The notes beneath the pieces were generated by a model, which searched no databases, was not told the origin of the DNA, and was given only the letters and a program-made list of their open reading frames with translations. Of a stretch of DNA of 64,000 bases, positions 36,745-46,345 are shown piece after piece (position 1 is the stretch's first letter; the number at the start of each line of letters is the position of its first letter). Source of the DNA: Gammaproteobacteria bacterium (lineage in GTDB: Bacteria; Pseudomonadota; Gammaproteobacteria; Steroidobacterales; Rariloculaceae); NCBI GenBank assembly GCA_036381015.1, contig DASVDR010000046.1, positions 1,721 to 65,720 on the forward strand, given 5' to 3'. The translations under genes were made by a program, and so were the position numbers.

Positions 36745-36807
36745 CGGGCGCCGGGAGAGTCCCCGGAGCCCGGCCTCGTCGCGTGCGTCCCGGGCGCCGC
36801 AAGACGA

Positions 36808-39516
36808 TCACGCGCGGCCCGTGCGCTGCACCGCCGTCCGGGCGCCGCCGAACAGCCGGCCGATCGTCGCGACGAGCTCCTCGGGCCGCGCGGGCTTCGC
36901 GACGTGCGCCTGAAAGCCTGCGACGAGCGCTTGCACCCGGTCCTCCGAGCGCGCGTAACCGGTGAGCGCGATGGCGGGCATGCGCTCCGCCAGCGGCAAG
37001 CGATGCTCGGCCTCGAGCGCGCGCACGCGCCGCAGCACCGAGTAGCCGTCCGAGTCCGGCAGCCCGATGTCGCAGATCATCACGTCCGGCCACGCCTGCC
37101 GCGGGCGAACGCGCAGCGACGCGAGGGCGCCGCCGCCCGTATCGAAGGATTCGATCTGCGCGCCGCGCGTCTGCAGAAGCTCGCCGAGCGTGACGCGCGC
37201 GTCCTCGTCGTCGTCGACGATCAGCACCCGGCGGCCGGTGAGAGAGACCGCGGCCGCGGCGAGCTCCGACGCGGACGGCTCGGGCACCCAGGGCTCGACG
37301 GCCACCGCCCGGACCGGCAGCGCGGCCGTGTACGTCGTCCCCGCCGGCCCATGCTCGACGAGCAGGCGGCCCTGGTGCTCGGCGACGATCTCCGAGAGCT
37401 CGCGCAAATCGAAGCGCAGCAGCTCGCCCCGCTCCCGCGGACTGGCGGGCTCCTGGACGACGGTTCGAGGCGCGGGGTCGGACGCCGTGTCGCTGACCTT
37501 CAGCAAGACCTCGTTCCCGGAGCGCTCGAGGCTGACCTCCATGCGGGCGCCCGGCTCGCTGACGTGGATCGAGCGCGCGAGCAAGCCCCACACGACGTCC
37601 TGCAACGCGATCGGGTTCCCGGTCACGAGGCCGACGTCGAGGCCGAGCGTCGTGTAGAGGTTGATGCCCTTCGCGTCGATGTCGGGGCGAACGCCGTGGA
37701 TCGCGCCGGTGATCACGGTCGCGAGATTCACCGGCCGCAGGCCGGCGCGACGCTCGCTGCGGCGCAATGCCCGCTCCTGCTCCTGCAACGACCACATCTG
37801 CGCGTACAGGCCGTTCCGCTCGAGCAGCTCGTCGTGGCGCCCGCGCTCGACGATGCGCCCGGCTTCGAGCACGAGGATCTCGTCGGCGTCGACGACCGTC
37901 GACAGCCGATGGGCGATGACCAGCGTCGTGCGCCGCTTCGCGAGCCGGTCCAGCGCCGTCTGGATGGCACGCTCGGAACGCATATCGAGCGCGGATGTCG
38001 CCTCGTCGAGCAGCAGAATCGGCGGATTCTTCAGGATTGCGCGGGCGATCGCGATGCGCTGCTTCTCGCCGCCCGAAAGCTTGAGCCCGCGCTCGCCGAC
38101 GACGGTGTCGTACTGCTCCGGCAGCGCGCTGATGAAGTCGTGCACGTTGGCCGCCTTCGCGGCCGCAACGATCTCTTCGGGCGTGGCGCCGATGCGGCCG
38201 TACGCGATGTTGTAGGCGATCGTTTCGTTGAAGAGGTTCGTGTCCTGCGGCACGATGCCGATGGCCGCTCGCACGGTTTCCGGCGCCAGCTCGCCGATGT
38301 CCTGCCCGTCGATGCAGATACGTCCGTGCCAGGGATCGTAGAAGCGCAGCAGCAGCCGCGCGAGCGTGGACTTGCCCGAGCCGCTGCCGCCGACGACGGC
38401 AACAGTGGTGCCGGGCGCGATGCGGAGGTCGACGTCCCACAGCACCTGCCGGTTCGGCTCGTAACCGAAGCTCACCTTCTCGAAGCGCACCTCCGCGCCG
38501 CGGACCTCGAGCGCGGAAAGCTTGCCGTCTTCCTCGACCTCGGGGCGCTGGCGAAGCAGCTCGAACAAGCGCTCCGCCTTGACCATGGCGTCGCTCGCCT
38601 CGCGAAAAACGAAGCCCAGGGAGTTGAGCGGCAGGCAGACCTGTATCACGTAGGCGTTCACGAGCACGAGATCGCCGACCGTCATGTCGCCCGCGAAGAC
38701 GCCCTGGCCGGCGAGCAGCATCACGGACGCGATCCCGAGGGCGATGATCCCGCTCTGCCCCACGTGCAGCAGAGTCAACGCACGCTGGTTGCCGACGCCC
38801 GCCTCGATCCAGTCGTCCATGATCGCCCGGAAGCGCTGGGCCTCGAATTTTTCGTTCGTGTAGAACTTCACCGTGTCGTAGTTCAGCACGCTGTCGACGA
38901 GGCGGCTATGCGCATTCGAGTCGAGCTCGTTCACGCGACGCTGACGGATCGCCCGGCGCCGCGTGAACACGACGCTGAAGACCGCGTAGAGGATGAAGGT
39001 TGCCGTGATGATCAGCGCGAAACCGAGCGCGTAGCCGGCCGTCAGGATGGCGACGATGATGCCGATCTCGACGACCGTCGGCACGATCGTGAAGAGCGCG
39101 ACGCCGAGCAGAAAGCCGATCGCCGACGTGCCCCGCTCCACGTCCCGGGTGAGCGCGCCGGTGGCGCGGTTCGCGTGGAAGCGGGCGCCGAGCGCGTGCA
39201 GGTGGCGGAAGACGCGCAGCGTGTAGTCCGCGACGACGCTTTGCGAGACGCGCACGAAGATCACGTCGCGAAGCTCGTTGAACAGCGTCGTCGAGAAGCG
39301 GACGAGCGCGTACCCGACGAGCAGACCCACCGGAAGCGCGACGAGCGCCTCGGGACGGCTCAGCAGGTCGACGACGCGCTTCAGGACGAACGGCACCGAG
39401 ACGGCGGCGATCTTCGCGACGATCAGGAGCGCGAGCGCGGCGAGGACGCGCCCGCGAAAGCCGCACGCCTTCGCGGCGAGCGTGAGGAGCACCTTTTCTT
39501 CGGATGCGGGCTTCAC
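36808..39516 (-). CDS. ABC exporter (Atm1/HMT-like TMD+NBD) fused to a degenerate HATPase_c-like domain and a receiver domain
   Basis: 902 aa. TMD aa 1-~320. NBD with Walker A GGSGSGKST, signature LSGGEKQR, Walker B ILLLDEATSALD, H-loop IAHRL. aa ~595-735 have a kinase catalytic-domain-like layout but altered N/G boxes (WGLLARSIH, SDTASD). aa 762-888 form a receiver (RVLIVDDDED ... ICDIGLPDSDGY ... HVAKP). GTG start, uncertain. Confidence 0.85.
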   Translation of the reverse strand: MKPASEEKVLLTLAAKACGFRGRVLAALALLIVAKIAAVSVPFVLKRVVDLLSRPEALVALPVGLLVGYALVRFSTTLFNELRDVIFVRVSQSVVADYTLRVFRHLHALGARFHANRATGALTRDVERGTSAIGFLLGVALFTIVPTVVEIGIIVAILTAGYALGFALIITATFILYAVFSVVFTRRRAIRQRRVNELDSNAHSRLVDSVLNYDTVKFYTNEKFEAQRFRAIMDDWIEAGVGNQRALTLLHVGQSGIIALGIASVMLLAGQGVFAGDMTVGDLVLVNAYVIQVCLPLNSLGFVFREASDAMVKAERLFELLRQRPEVEEDGKLSALEVRGAEVRFEKVSFGYEPNRQVLWDVDLRIAPGTTVAVVGGSGSGKSTLARLLLRFYDPWHGRICIDGQDIGELAPETVRAAIGIVPQDTNLFNETIAYNIAYGRIGATPEEIVAAAKAANVHDFISALPEQYDTVVGERGLKLSGGEKQRIAIARAILKNPPILLLDEATSALDMRSERAIQTALDRLAKRRTTLVIAHRLSTVVDADEILVLEAGRIVERGRHDELLERNGLYAQMWSLQEQERALRRSERRAGLRPVNLATVITGAIHGVRPDIDAKGINLYTTLGLDVGLVTGNPIALQDVVWGLLARSIHVSEPGARMEVSLERSGNEVLLKVSDTASDPAPRTVVQEPASPRERGELLRFDLRELSEIVAEHQGRLLVEHGPAGTTYTAALPVRAVAVEPWVPEPSASELAAAAVSLTGRRVLIVDDDEDARVTLGELLQTRGAQIESFDTGGGALASLRVRPRQAWPDVMICDIGLPDSDGYSVLRRVRALEAEHRLPLAERMPAIALTGYARSEDRVQALVAGFQAHVAKPARPEELVATIGRLFGGARTAVQRTGRA

Positions 39517-39796
39517 GATCGAGCCGGGACGCGCACGGCGGGAGGCGCGAGCTCACCCGCCTCGGCGTCGCCGGCGCCCCTTCCCTGCGCGCTCGAAGCG
39601 CGTCCGACGAAACCGCCGACCGGCAAATCTGGATGTGTGACGACAAAAGGACCGGGCGCAGCACATATCGTGCCAGCGCCTCGTGCCAGCACCGCCCGCC
39701 GCACGCCGTTCCGTGACGCGGGCGGGCTCGCGCGTCACGATACTCGTGCGGCCACGAGCTTTGCAAATGTACGCGCCCGGCGCCAGGCCCCCGGGG

Positions 39797-40591
39797 TCAA
39801 CCGCACGTGCGGCTCGCGTTCCAGGCGAAGAAGCGCGCGTTCGATTGCTCGAAGAGCCGGACCGCTTTGTCGATGTCCCAGGCGCGCTCGCGCAGCGTCT
39901 CCGGGTCCCACTCGCTTCTCTGCACCGCGAAGAAGTCGCCGCCGTAGATGTGGATCGCTCCGGTCGGCTTCGCGATCGGATTCGCGACCGAGTGGATCAC
40001 GTCGCGCGGAAGCGGAACGGCCCGTCCCGGTGCTATCGCTTCGGCTGCTACCGCCTCCACGGTGCCCGGCGCGCGCCGCCAGAAGATGTTGTCCTCGCGG
40101 CCGGTATAGATGCCGATCAGGCTCCACATGTTGTGCTCGTGCGGCATCAGCTGCATCAGCGGCGCCCAGACGATGTCGAGCACCGTGAGCGTTGGGGAAC
40201 GATAGAGCGTGCGGATGCCGCCTTTCTCCGGCTCGCCGAGGCCGCGGAGCACCGCGGTGGGCTCCGCGATCGCACGGGCCAGCACCTCGCGGACCGCGGC
40301 CTGCGGATCCGATTCCTCGTTCGCGCGCCGGCACTCGTCGACGAACGCGTCGACATCGAACCGCGACGCGCGGCGGCGCGACGGGCCGCCGGGCGCGGGC
40401 GGCGACGGGGATGCGGCGTCCCCGCCGCGTTCCTCGACTCGGACATCCGTCTCCGGCTGCTGCGCACGCGCGATCCCGCTCGTCACCGCGGCCGCGGCGA
40501 GCAGCGCCGCGCGGCGCGACAGCGTCGGACCGGTGGCTTCTTCCGGCGCAAAGCCGGGTTGCTCTCGGCTCATCACATCCCCCTTGCGCAT
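39797..40591 (-). CDS. Tat-signal-bearing cupin-like protein (double-stranded beta-helix, cysteine-dioxygenase-like metal site pattern)
   Basis: SRRAALLAAAAVTSGIARA twin-Arg-like signal. LMPHEHNMWSLIGIYTG ... VIHSVANP ... AIHIYGGDF resembles predicted metal-dependent cupins. Start at 40591 or 40573. Confidence 0.65.
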   Translation of the reverse strand: MRKGDVMSREQPGFAPEEATGPTLSRRAALLAAAAVTSGIARAQQPETDVRVEERGGDAASPSPPAPGGPSRRRASRFDVDAFVDECRRANEESDPQAAVREVLARAIAEPTAVLRGLGEPEKGGIRTLYRSPTLTVLDIVWAPLMQLMPHEHNMWSLIGIYTGREDNIFWRRAPGTVEAVAAEAIAPGRAVPLPRDVIHSVANPIAKPTGAIHIYGGDFFAVQRSEWDPETLRERAWDIDKAVRLFEQSNARFFAWNASRTCG

Positions 40592-40705
40592 CCGACGTCT
40601 CCGGCATGGGCTTCCGGTTCGATTCTCCTCGCGGCCGCGGCCCTATCCAGTCCGAAATCTGGACCTTGCCGGGGGCCCCGGAGCCGCCGCATCATCCGGA
40701 CAGCA

Positions 40706-41389
40706 ATGCGACAAGAGTACGGACAGTTCTGTCCGGTAGCGCTGGCCTCGGAGGTGCTGGCGGAGCGTTGGACGCTGCTCGTGGTCCGCGAGCTGCTGGC
40801 CGGCACGCACCGTTTCAACGAAATCCGGCGCGGCGTTCCGCGCATGTCCGCGACCCTGTTGAAGCAACGCCTCCGGGCGCTCGAGCGCGCCGGCGTCGTC
40901 GAGCGGCACGCGTCCTCGGCCGGGCGCGGCTTCGACTACCGTTTGACGCGCGCCGGGCACGACCTGCAGCCGGTGGTCGCGTCGATCGGCGAGTGGGGTC
41001 AGCGATGGGCGCGCGAGATTCGGCCCGACGATCTCGACCCCGGCTGGCTCGTCTGGAACATCCATCGGCGTCTGAACACGGCAGCCATGCCGGCCGGCCG
41101 CACCGTGATCGAGATCGAGCTCGTCGACGCGCCGCGTAGCGAGCGGCGGTTTTGGCTCGTTCACGAGGACGGCAATGTCGACGTGTGCCTCAAGGATCCG
41201 GGCTTCGAGGTCGACGTGACCGTATCGACGACCGTGCGCGTGCTCGCGGAGGTGTGGCGCGGCGTGCGCGCGATCGGCGACGAGCTCCGAGCCGGCCGGC
41301 TGCGCATCGCCGGATCGCCGCGGCATTGCCGGGCGTTCCCGAGATGGCTGCTGCTGAGCGCCTACGCGTCGATCAAGCGGGAGCGGTGA
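40706..41389 (+). CDS. HxlR-family transcriptional regulator with C-terminal extension
   Basis: YGQFCPVALASEVLAERWTLLVVRELLAGTHRFNEIRRGVPRMSATLLKQRLRALERAGVV is a textbook HxlR winged helix. Only the last 227 aa of the 568-aa track ORF are credible. Confidence 0.85.
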   Translation: MRQEYGQFCPVALASEVLAERWTLLVVRELLAGTHRFNEIRRGVPRMSATLLKQRLRALERAGVVERHASSAGRGFDYRLTRAGHDLQPVVASIGEWGQRWAREIRPDDLDPGWLVWNIHRRLNTAAMPAGRTVIEIELVDAPRSERRFWLVHEDGNVDVCLKDPGFEVDVTVSTTVRVLAEVWRGVRAIGDELRAGRLRIAGSPRHCRAFPRWLLLSAYASIKRER

Positions 41390-41391
41390 CG

Positions 41392-42285
41392 ATGAGCGAG
41401 ACGATTGCGGTCGTGGCGACCGGCGAGATGGGCAGCGCCGTCGGCGCCGCTCTCCGGCGCCGCGGCCACCGCGTCGTTACGGACCTCACCGGCCGGAGCG
41501 CGCAGAGCCGGGCGCTCGCGGCCCAGGCCGGCATCGAGGACCTCGGCTCGCTGTCCGCGCTCGTCACGGCCGCCGACGTGTTTCTGTCGATCCTGCCGCC
41601 GGCGTCGGCGTTCGAGCTCGCGCGGCGCACGGCCGACGCGATGCGCCAGGAGAACGCGCGGCCGACTTTCGTCGATTGCAACGCGGTCGCGCCTGCGACG
41701 GTCGCCCGGATCGCGGCGCTCTTCGCTGAGCTCGGCGCACCATTCCTCGACGCCGGCATCGTCGGGCCGGCTCCGCGCGCGGACACGCGCCGGCCCACGC
41801 GTTGCTACGTGTCCGGCGCAGAGCGTGAGAAGCTCCTCGCGCTCGACGTCCCGGAGCTCGCGTTCGTCGACTTGGGGCCCGACGTCGGCCGGGCTTCGGC
41901 CATGAAGATGTGCTACGCGGCGCTCAACAAAGGGATCGACGCGCTGTGCGCGGCGGCCGCGCTCGCCGCGGAGCGGCACGTCGTGCGCGCCGAGCTGATC
42001 CGCGAGATCGGCGCGAGCCAGCCGGACGCCGCGGAGCGAATGACGCGAAGGGTCCCCTACCTCGCCGCGACCGCCGAGCGCTACGCCGGGGAGATGCGCG
42101 AGATCGCGGCCACGTTCGCCGCCGCCGGAGTGCCCTCGGGCTTTCACGAGGCCGCCGAGCAGCTGTATCGGGCGCTGGCGCGCACGCCGCTAGCGGCCGA
42201 GACGCGCCTCACCGCCCCGCCGAACCGCTCGCTCGACGAGGCGCTCACCGTGTTTCTCGCGGCGTTCGCGGACGGGAAGCGCTGA
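41392..42285 (+). CDS. NAD(P)-dependent oxidoreductase (6-phosphogluconate/beta-hydroxyacid dehydrogenase-like Rossmann domain)
   Basis: IAVVATGEMGSAVGAALRRRGHRV dinucleotide-binding motif. The ATG lies 2 nt after the HxlR stop. Only the distal part of the track ORF 41152-42285 is used. Confidence 0.75.
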   Translation: MSETIAVVATGEMGSAVGAALRRRGHRVVTDLTGRSAQSRALAAQAGIEDLGSLSALVTAADVFLSILPPASAFELARRTADAMRQENARPTFVDCNAVAPATVARIAALFAELGAPFLDAGIVGPAPRADTRRPTRCYVSGAEREKLLALDVPELAFVDLGPDVGRASAMKMCYAALNKGIDALCAAAALAAERHVVRAELIREIGASQPDAAERMTRRVPYLAATAERYAGEMREIAATFAAAGVPSGFHEAAEQLYRALARTPLAAETRLTAPPNRSLDEALTVFLAAFADGKR

Positions 42286-42351
42286 CCGGCACGGCGGCTC
42301 GCTGGCAGCGATCTTGCATCCCGGCGGGAGAAGAAGCCCGAGGAGGCACCC

Positions 42352-42636
42352 ATGGCCATCGACATCACGCGCGACATGGACAAGCTCATGACCGAGGTGG
42401 ACGACATCCGCAAGGATCTGAAGACGCTGAGCCGCTCGCTCCGCGATCTCGGCGCGGACAAGGGCCAGGCCGCGCTCGCGAAGGTGGAGCACTTCGGCGA
42501 GCGGGCGCGGAAACGCGCCGCGCAAACCGAGGAACGGATCGAGCGCGAAATCGAGGACCGGCCCTTCGTGGCGCTGCTCACGGCTTTCGGCATCGGCTTT
42601 CTGGTCGCGAAGCTCCTCGACTCCTCGGGGCGCTAG
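42352..42636 (+). CDS. DUF883/ElaB(YqjD)-like tail-anchored small protein
   Basis: 94 aa. Charged helical body and a C-terminal TM RPFVALLTAFGIGFLVAKLL. RBS GAGGAGG. Confidence 0.7.
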   Translation: MAIDITRDMDKLMTEVDDIRKDLKTLSRSLRDLGADKGQAALAKVEHFGERARKRAAQTEERIEREIEDRPFVALLTAFGIGFLVAKLLDSSGR

Positions 42637-43751
42637 CTCGTCCCGCCCCAGACTTCGCTCGCGACCTCGACGACGAGCCCGAGCTTGCGCTTCTCAGCGT
42701 CCTCGCTGATGCGGTTGCCTTCCGAGACGCTCGCAAAGCCGCACTGCGGGGACAGGCACAGTTGCTCGAGCGGCACGTACTTGGACGCCTCGTCGATGCG
42801 ACGCTTGATCTCGTCCTTGTCCTCGAGCTCGCTCCGCTTCGTGGAGACGAGGCCGAGAACGACTCTCTTGTCCTTCGGGACGAACCGAAGCGGCGCGAAG
42901 TCGCCCGAGCGCTCGTCGTCGTACTCGAGTAAGAAGCCGTCGACGTCCATCTCGTTGAAGATGATTTCGGCTACCGGTTCGTAACCGCCTTCGGCGAACC
43001 AGCGGCTCTTCGCGTTGCCGCGGCAGAGGTGGACGCACACGGCCATGTCGCTCGGCCGGCCGCGGATCGATTCGTTGATCAGCCGCGCATAGTCTTCCGG
43101 CAGCGCTTCCACGTCCTCGCCGCGCTCACGCGCTTGCGCGCGCATCTTCTCGTCGCAAAGGTAAGCGAGGTTCGTGTCGTCGAGCTGCAAGTACCGGCAG
43201 CCCGCCTGCGCGAGATCGGCGACCTCCTCGCGATACACCCGCGCGAGATCCGCGAAGAACTCCTCCATCTCCGGGTAGGCGCGCTTGTCGATTGCTTCCC
43301 GGCCGCCGCGGAAGTGCGTCATCGTCGGTGAAGGAATCGTCTGCTGCGCCGTTCGCTTCGTCAGGCTGCGCAGAAAGCGGAAGTGCTCGATCTCGATGCC
43401 GCCGGGTGGACGCCGCAGCGTCCCGGTGACGATCGCCACGAATGGCGCCTCGTGCCGACCGGAGCCGTCTCCGCCCGGCTCGAACAGCTGCTTGAACTCG
43501 ACATTCTCGAGCTTCGAGAGAAAGTCGCCATGGAACGTCTCGCGGCGAAATTCGCCGTCGGTGATCGATTCGAGCCCGAGGGCTTCCTGCATGTTCACGA
43601 CCTCGCGGATGCACTCGTCCTCGTGCGCTCTCAGAGCGTCGTGATGGACTTTTCCGGCTTTGACGCGCTCGCGCAGCTCGAGCAGGCTTCGGGGACGCAG
43701 CAAGCTTCCGACGTGATCGGCGCGAAAGGGGGCGCGACTGGTAGATGACAT
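42633..43751 (-). CDS. Cobalamin-independent methionine synthase (MetE C-terminal domain)-like methyltransferase
   Basis: 372 aa from MSSTSRAPFRADHVGSLLRP (RBS AGGAG). DGEFRR, Zn-site-like VHLCRGN and LSPQCGFAS. The track extension to 43940 was rejected. Confidence 0.85.
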   Translation of the reverse strand: MSSTSRAPFRADHVGSLLRPRSLLELRERVKAGKVHHDALRAHEDECIREVVNMQEALGLESITDGEFRRETFHGDFLSKLENVEFKQLFEPGGDGSGRHEAPFVAIVTGTLRRPPGGIEIEHFRFLRSLTKRTAQQTIPSPTMTHFRGGREAIDKRAYPEMEEFFADLARVYREEVADLAQAGCRYLQLDDTNLAYLCDEKMRAQARERGEDVEALPEDYARLINESIRGRPSDMAVCVHLCRGNAKSRWFAEGGYEPVAEIIFNEMDVDGFLLEYDDERSGDFAPLRFVPKDKRVVLGLVSTKRSELEDKDEIKRRIDEASKYVPLEQLCLSPQCGFASVSEGNRISEDAEKRKLGLVVEVASEVWGGTS

Positions 43752-44147
43752 CCTTTTCGTCTCCTCTTTGATGGATTGCGCACGGTCGATGGATGCGCGT
43801 GGGCGCACGGCACGCGGCCGACGGGCCGAAGCGATCGTGGATCGCGAGTGCCGTGACTCGAGGAGGGCCGGTCGACTTGTGCGCGTTATGCTACCGAAAA
43901 AGCCGACGCGTGACAGGCGAGCGCCTTGCAATTTGTGCACATCGCTCCGGGTTTCGCGCGTTCGGCGGCGTCGACGTGCCTGCCGGTATGCCGGTCAGCG
44001 CGCTCAACGAGCGGAGCACCTCGCTCGCCGTTTCGCGGCCCAGGAGGCGGTCTCGGCCGGCATGATGCCTGGCAGCGCGCCGAAAGGGCGCCTATCCCGT
44101 TCTCAGAACGGACGACCGGAAGTCATCGAAGCCGCTCCCCGCCGGCA

Positions 44148-44753
44148 TCAGGCCGGCCAGTGCACCCGCGCGAAGGCCATCGTCCAATTCGTCTGCCACG
44201 TCCTGCCGCCGTCTTGCGAGAAGGACTGAGCCCATTGCGGGTTCTCGGCCGCGGGAGTCCACGTGTGACGCACGAGAACCGATCCGCCGCGGAAGGGCCA
44301 GCGGCCGACGAACTCGCCGACGCCTGCATGGAAGCGACCGCGAAGCGGAGGCTGCATCGTCCCGTCCGCCGACAAGACGTGGATGAGCCAACGATCGGCG
44401 TCGCGATCGAGCACGTGCAGCATTCCGAGCCGCTCGCCATCCTCGGCCTCGATCTCCGCGAGGACTCCGAGCCCGTTCAGCAGCGGCCGGCACGTGTGCA
44501 CGGTCTCGAACGCCGCCCAAGGGCCGGCATCCGCGAGGGATTCCGTCCGCCGGCGGTTGCCGACGACCCAGCAGCCGTGCAGGAAATCGAAGTCGTGAGC
44601 CGATGCGGGCACATGCGGCACCGGCGAGGGCCCATCGCTGCGGAACACCGGCTTCGTGAGACCCGCACCTCGGGCCGCACGCTCGTGCACGCGCGAAGGG
44701 TGCCTTCTGGAACGCGGCTCGGCGTCGAGCTCGATCGAGTTGCCCTGCGACAT
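44148..44753 (-). CDS. Hypothetical protein
   Basis: 201-aa ORF with balanced, non-repetitive composition (FDFLHGCWVVGNRRR, LGMLHVLDRDADRWLIHVL, WTMAFARVHW). No family recognised. Confidence 0.45.
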   Translation of the reverse strand: MSQGNSIELDAEPRSRRHPSRVHERAARGAGLTKPVFRSDGPSPVPHVPASAHDFDFLHGCWVVGNRRRTESLADAGPWAAFETVHTCRPLLNGLGVLAEIEAEDGERLGMLHVLDRDADRWLIHVLSADGTMQPPLRGRFHAGVGEFVGRWPFRGGSVLVRHTWTPAAENPQWAQSFSQDGGRTWQTNWTMAFARVHWPA

Positions 44754-44908
44754 GATTGCTCCGGCCGATGTGGGGAACCAGGAAGCCGAGAGTGTCCACG
44801 AGGGCGCCCGCAGCCGCTATAGCGATTTTGTGATCTTTTTGTGACCGTTTTCTGACGCGGGCCACGGAGCGAATGAAATCGCCGCGGCACACGCGACAAA
44901 GCGCCGGC

Positions 44909-46117
44909 TCAATCCCAAAAGATCAGGAAGTCCCACCACGGCTTCCCCTCGGCCGCGGTGCTTCTGTAGGTGCGATCCTCACACTCGGTCGTGCCGTGGT
45001 ACGGCAGGTCGGAGAGCAGCACGGTGTCGGAGCCCGTGTACTGACCCTCGAAATAAAGCGGGTCCTCGGCCACGTACTCGCGCCGCAACGCCATCGTCTC
45101 CGGATCGAGCGTGAAGCGCTCGACGACGTGCAGCGCCGCGCTGTGCGGCACGCGGCCGTCCGCCGAGAGGATCCCGGGCTCGAACCCGACGGTGTCGACG
45201 ATCAGCACGTCGTTCTCCCATCGGCCGATCGAGTGCCCGGCCAAGCTCGGCTCCACGTCCTCCGGATGCGCTTCCATGTCGAGATGAATCGTGCGCTCGA
45301 TACCCATCGAGCCGTAAAGCATCCGAATCTCGCTCTCGGTCTGGATGATGCGGTTGACGTCCATTTCGAACGTCCAATCGAAAAGGATGTTCGTCGGCTC
45401 GCAGCGCAGGCGCGGGTTGTCCGTCGAGGACAGGTCGAGGCCGTCGATCGCGGCGTGGCCGGCCTCGGTCAGCGGCATCGCGCTAGGCCGCTCGTTCCAA
45501 TACGTCTCGACCGGGTCTTCCTCGAACGACAGCGGGGTGCCGCGAGCCCCCGGGAAGCCGGGCCCGCCGCCGGGCACCTGGCCGGGCTCGAGCTCGTCCG
45601 CGATGCTGATCGGCACGAGCGTGCCGACCTGTCCGCGCGGGTCGCTCATCACGCGCTGCTCGGCGGCCCAGTCCCCGGCGACGTTCGGGTCGCCGTTCGG
45701 CAGACGAAGGGGCCGGGCGGCCGGGACGATCCGCTCGGGCTCTTCGAGCTGGCCGTAGCGGTCGACGCTCCGGCCGTCGGGAAAGTACGCCGTCGCGAGA
45801 TAGCAGGTCGTCGGGTCCCGACGGTCCGGCGAGCCGAGGATGCGGATCGGCATTCCGGCCGGGAACATCGCTTCCGACCAGCCCGAGCGGCGCAGCACCG
45901 TGGCTCCGCGCATCTCGCAGCGCCACGGCACGACCTGACCGTCGTCGCCCGTCACGTCGAGATAGAGCCACGAGTGCGGGTTGATGAACTCGACGCCGGT
46001 GACGACGCCCTCGAGCTCGATGTCCCGGTTCAGATCGAAGTTCGCGATGCCGTGATGACCGTGCGCGGCGCCGGCCCAAGCGAGCGCCGCGAGCGCCGGC
46101 AAGCGTGTGCCCTTCAT
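44909..46117 (-). CDS. Exported fusion protein: H-domain + P-domain paralog 5
   Basis: 402 aa. MKGTRLPALAALAWAGAAHG|HHGIANFDLNRDIELEGVVTGVEFINPHSWLYL ... then VAGDW ... PLTEAGHAAI ... LRCEPTNILFDW ... HLDMEAHPEDVEPSLAGHSIGRWENDVLIVDTV ... AEDPLYFEGQY ... TECED. The rest of the 924-aa track ORF is antisense read-through. Confidence 0.8.
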   Translation of the reverse strand: MKGTRLPALAALAWAGAAHGHHGIANFDLNRDIELEGVVTGVEFINPHSWLYLDVTGDDGQVVPWRCEMRGATVLRRSGWSEAMFPAGMPIRILGSPDRRDPTTCYLATAYFPDGRSVDRYGQLEEPERIVPAARPLRLPNGDPNVAGDWAAEQRVMSDPRGQVGTLVPISIADELEPGQVPGGGPGFPGARGTPLSFEEDPVETYWNERPSAMPLTEAGHAAIDGLDLSSTDNPRLRCEPTNILFDWTFEMDVNRIIQTESEIRMLYGSMGIERTIHLDMEAHPEDVEPSLAGHSIGRWENDVLIVDTVGFEPGILSADGRVPHSAALHVVERFTLDPETMALRREYVAEDPLYFEGQYTGSDTVLLSDLPYHGTTECEDRTYRSTAAEGKPWWDFLIFWD

Positions 46118-46345
46118 CTTCGTTTCTCCGTGGCGGGCCCGGGGCAGCGGGGTCTCCCGGCCCCGCCCTCCGGCGTCAGTGTAGCCCCGGCACGGCGGGC
46201 CGTGGCACAGTTCGTGCCGTCGCCGATCCCCGTCGTGCCGCAGGGGGCCGCCCTGTCGTCGGGTCGCGACAATTTCGCTACAGATTCGCGGCCGGTTTTC
46301 GGGAATGCTGCGGCCGAACCGGTCCGAGGGAGGTGACCCGACAGA

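Noticed and set aside
36745-36807. Inverted repeat between the convergent hybrid-kinase and ABC-REC genes as a bidirectional terminator (GGGCGCCGGGA ... TCCCGGGCGCC).
   Set aside because: The arms are not truly complementary (TCCCGGCGCCC would be required), and there is no flanking T/A tract. Evidence is too weak to annotate.
39683-40705. Upstream 341 aa of ORF 39683-41389, and similarly the upstream 80 aa of 41152-42285.
   Set aside because: The upstream part is Arg-rich, overlaps the cupin gene on the opposite strand, and precedes a canonical HxlR N-terminus starting at the ATG at 40706. The same logic sets the oxidoreductase start at 41392.
42633-42636. 4-nt overlap of convergent stop codons (CTAG) between the DUF883-like gene and the MetE-like gene.
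   Set aside because: The overlap is real, but it is a trivial consequence of the palindromic CTAG. No functional significance can be argued from the sequence alone.
43752-44147. Possible cobalamin or SAM riboswitch in the ~400-nt region upstream of the MetE-like gene.
   Set aside because: Reading the minus strand, I could not find a convincing B12-box. Only a weak GCCGAGACCGCC resemblance is present, and it sits at the wrong (5'-distal) end. I also found none of the conserved SAM-I junction sequences. An Rfam covariance search would be decisive; without it, no call is made.
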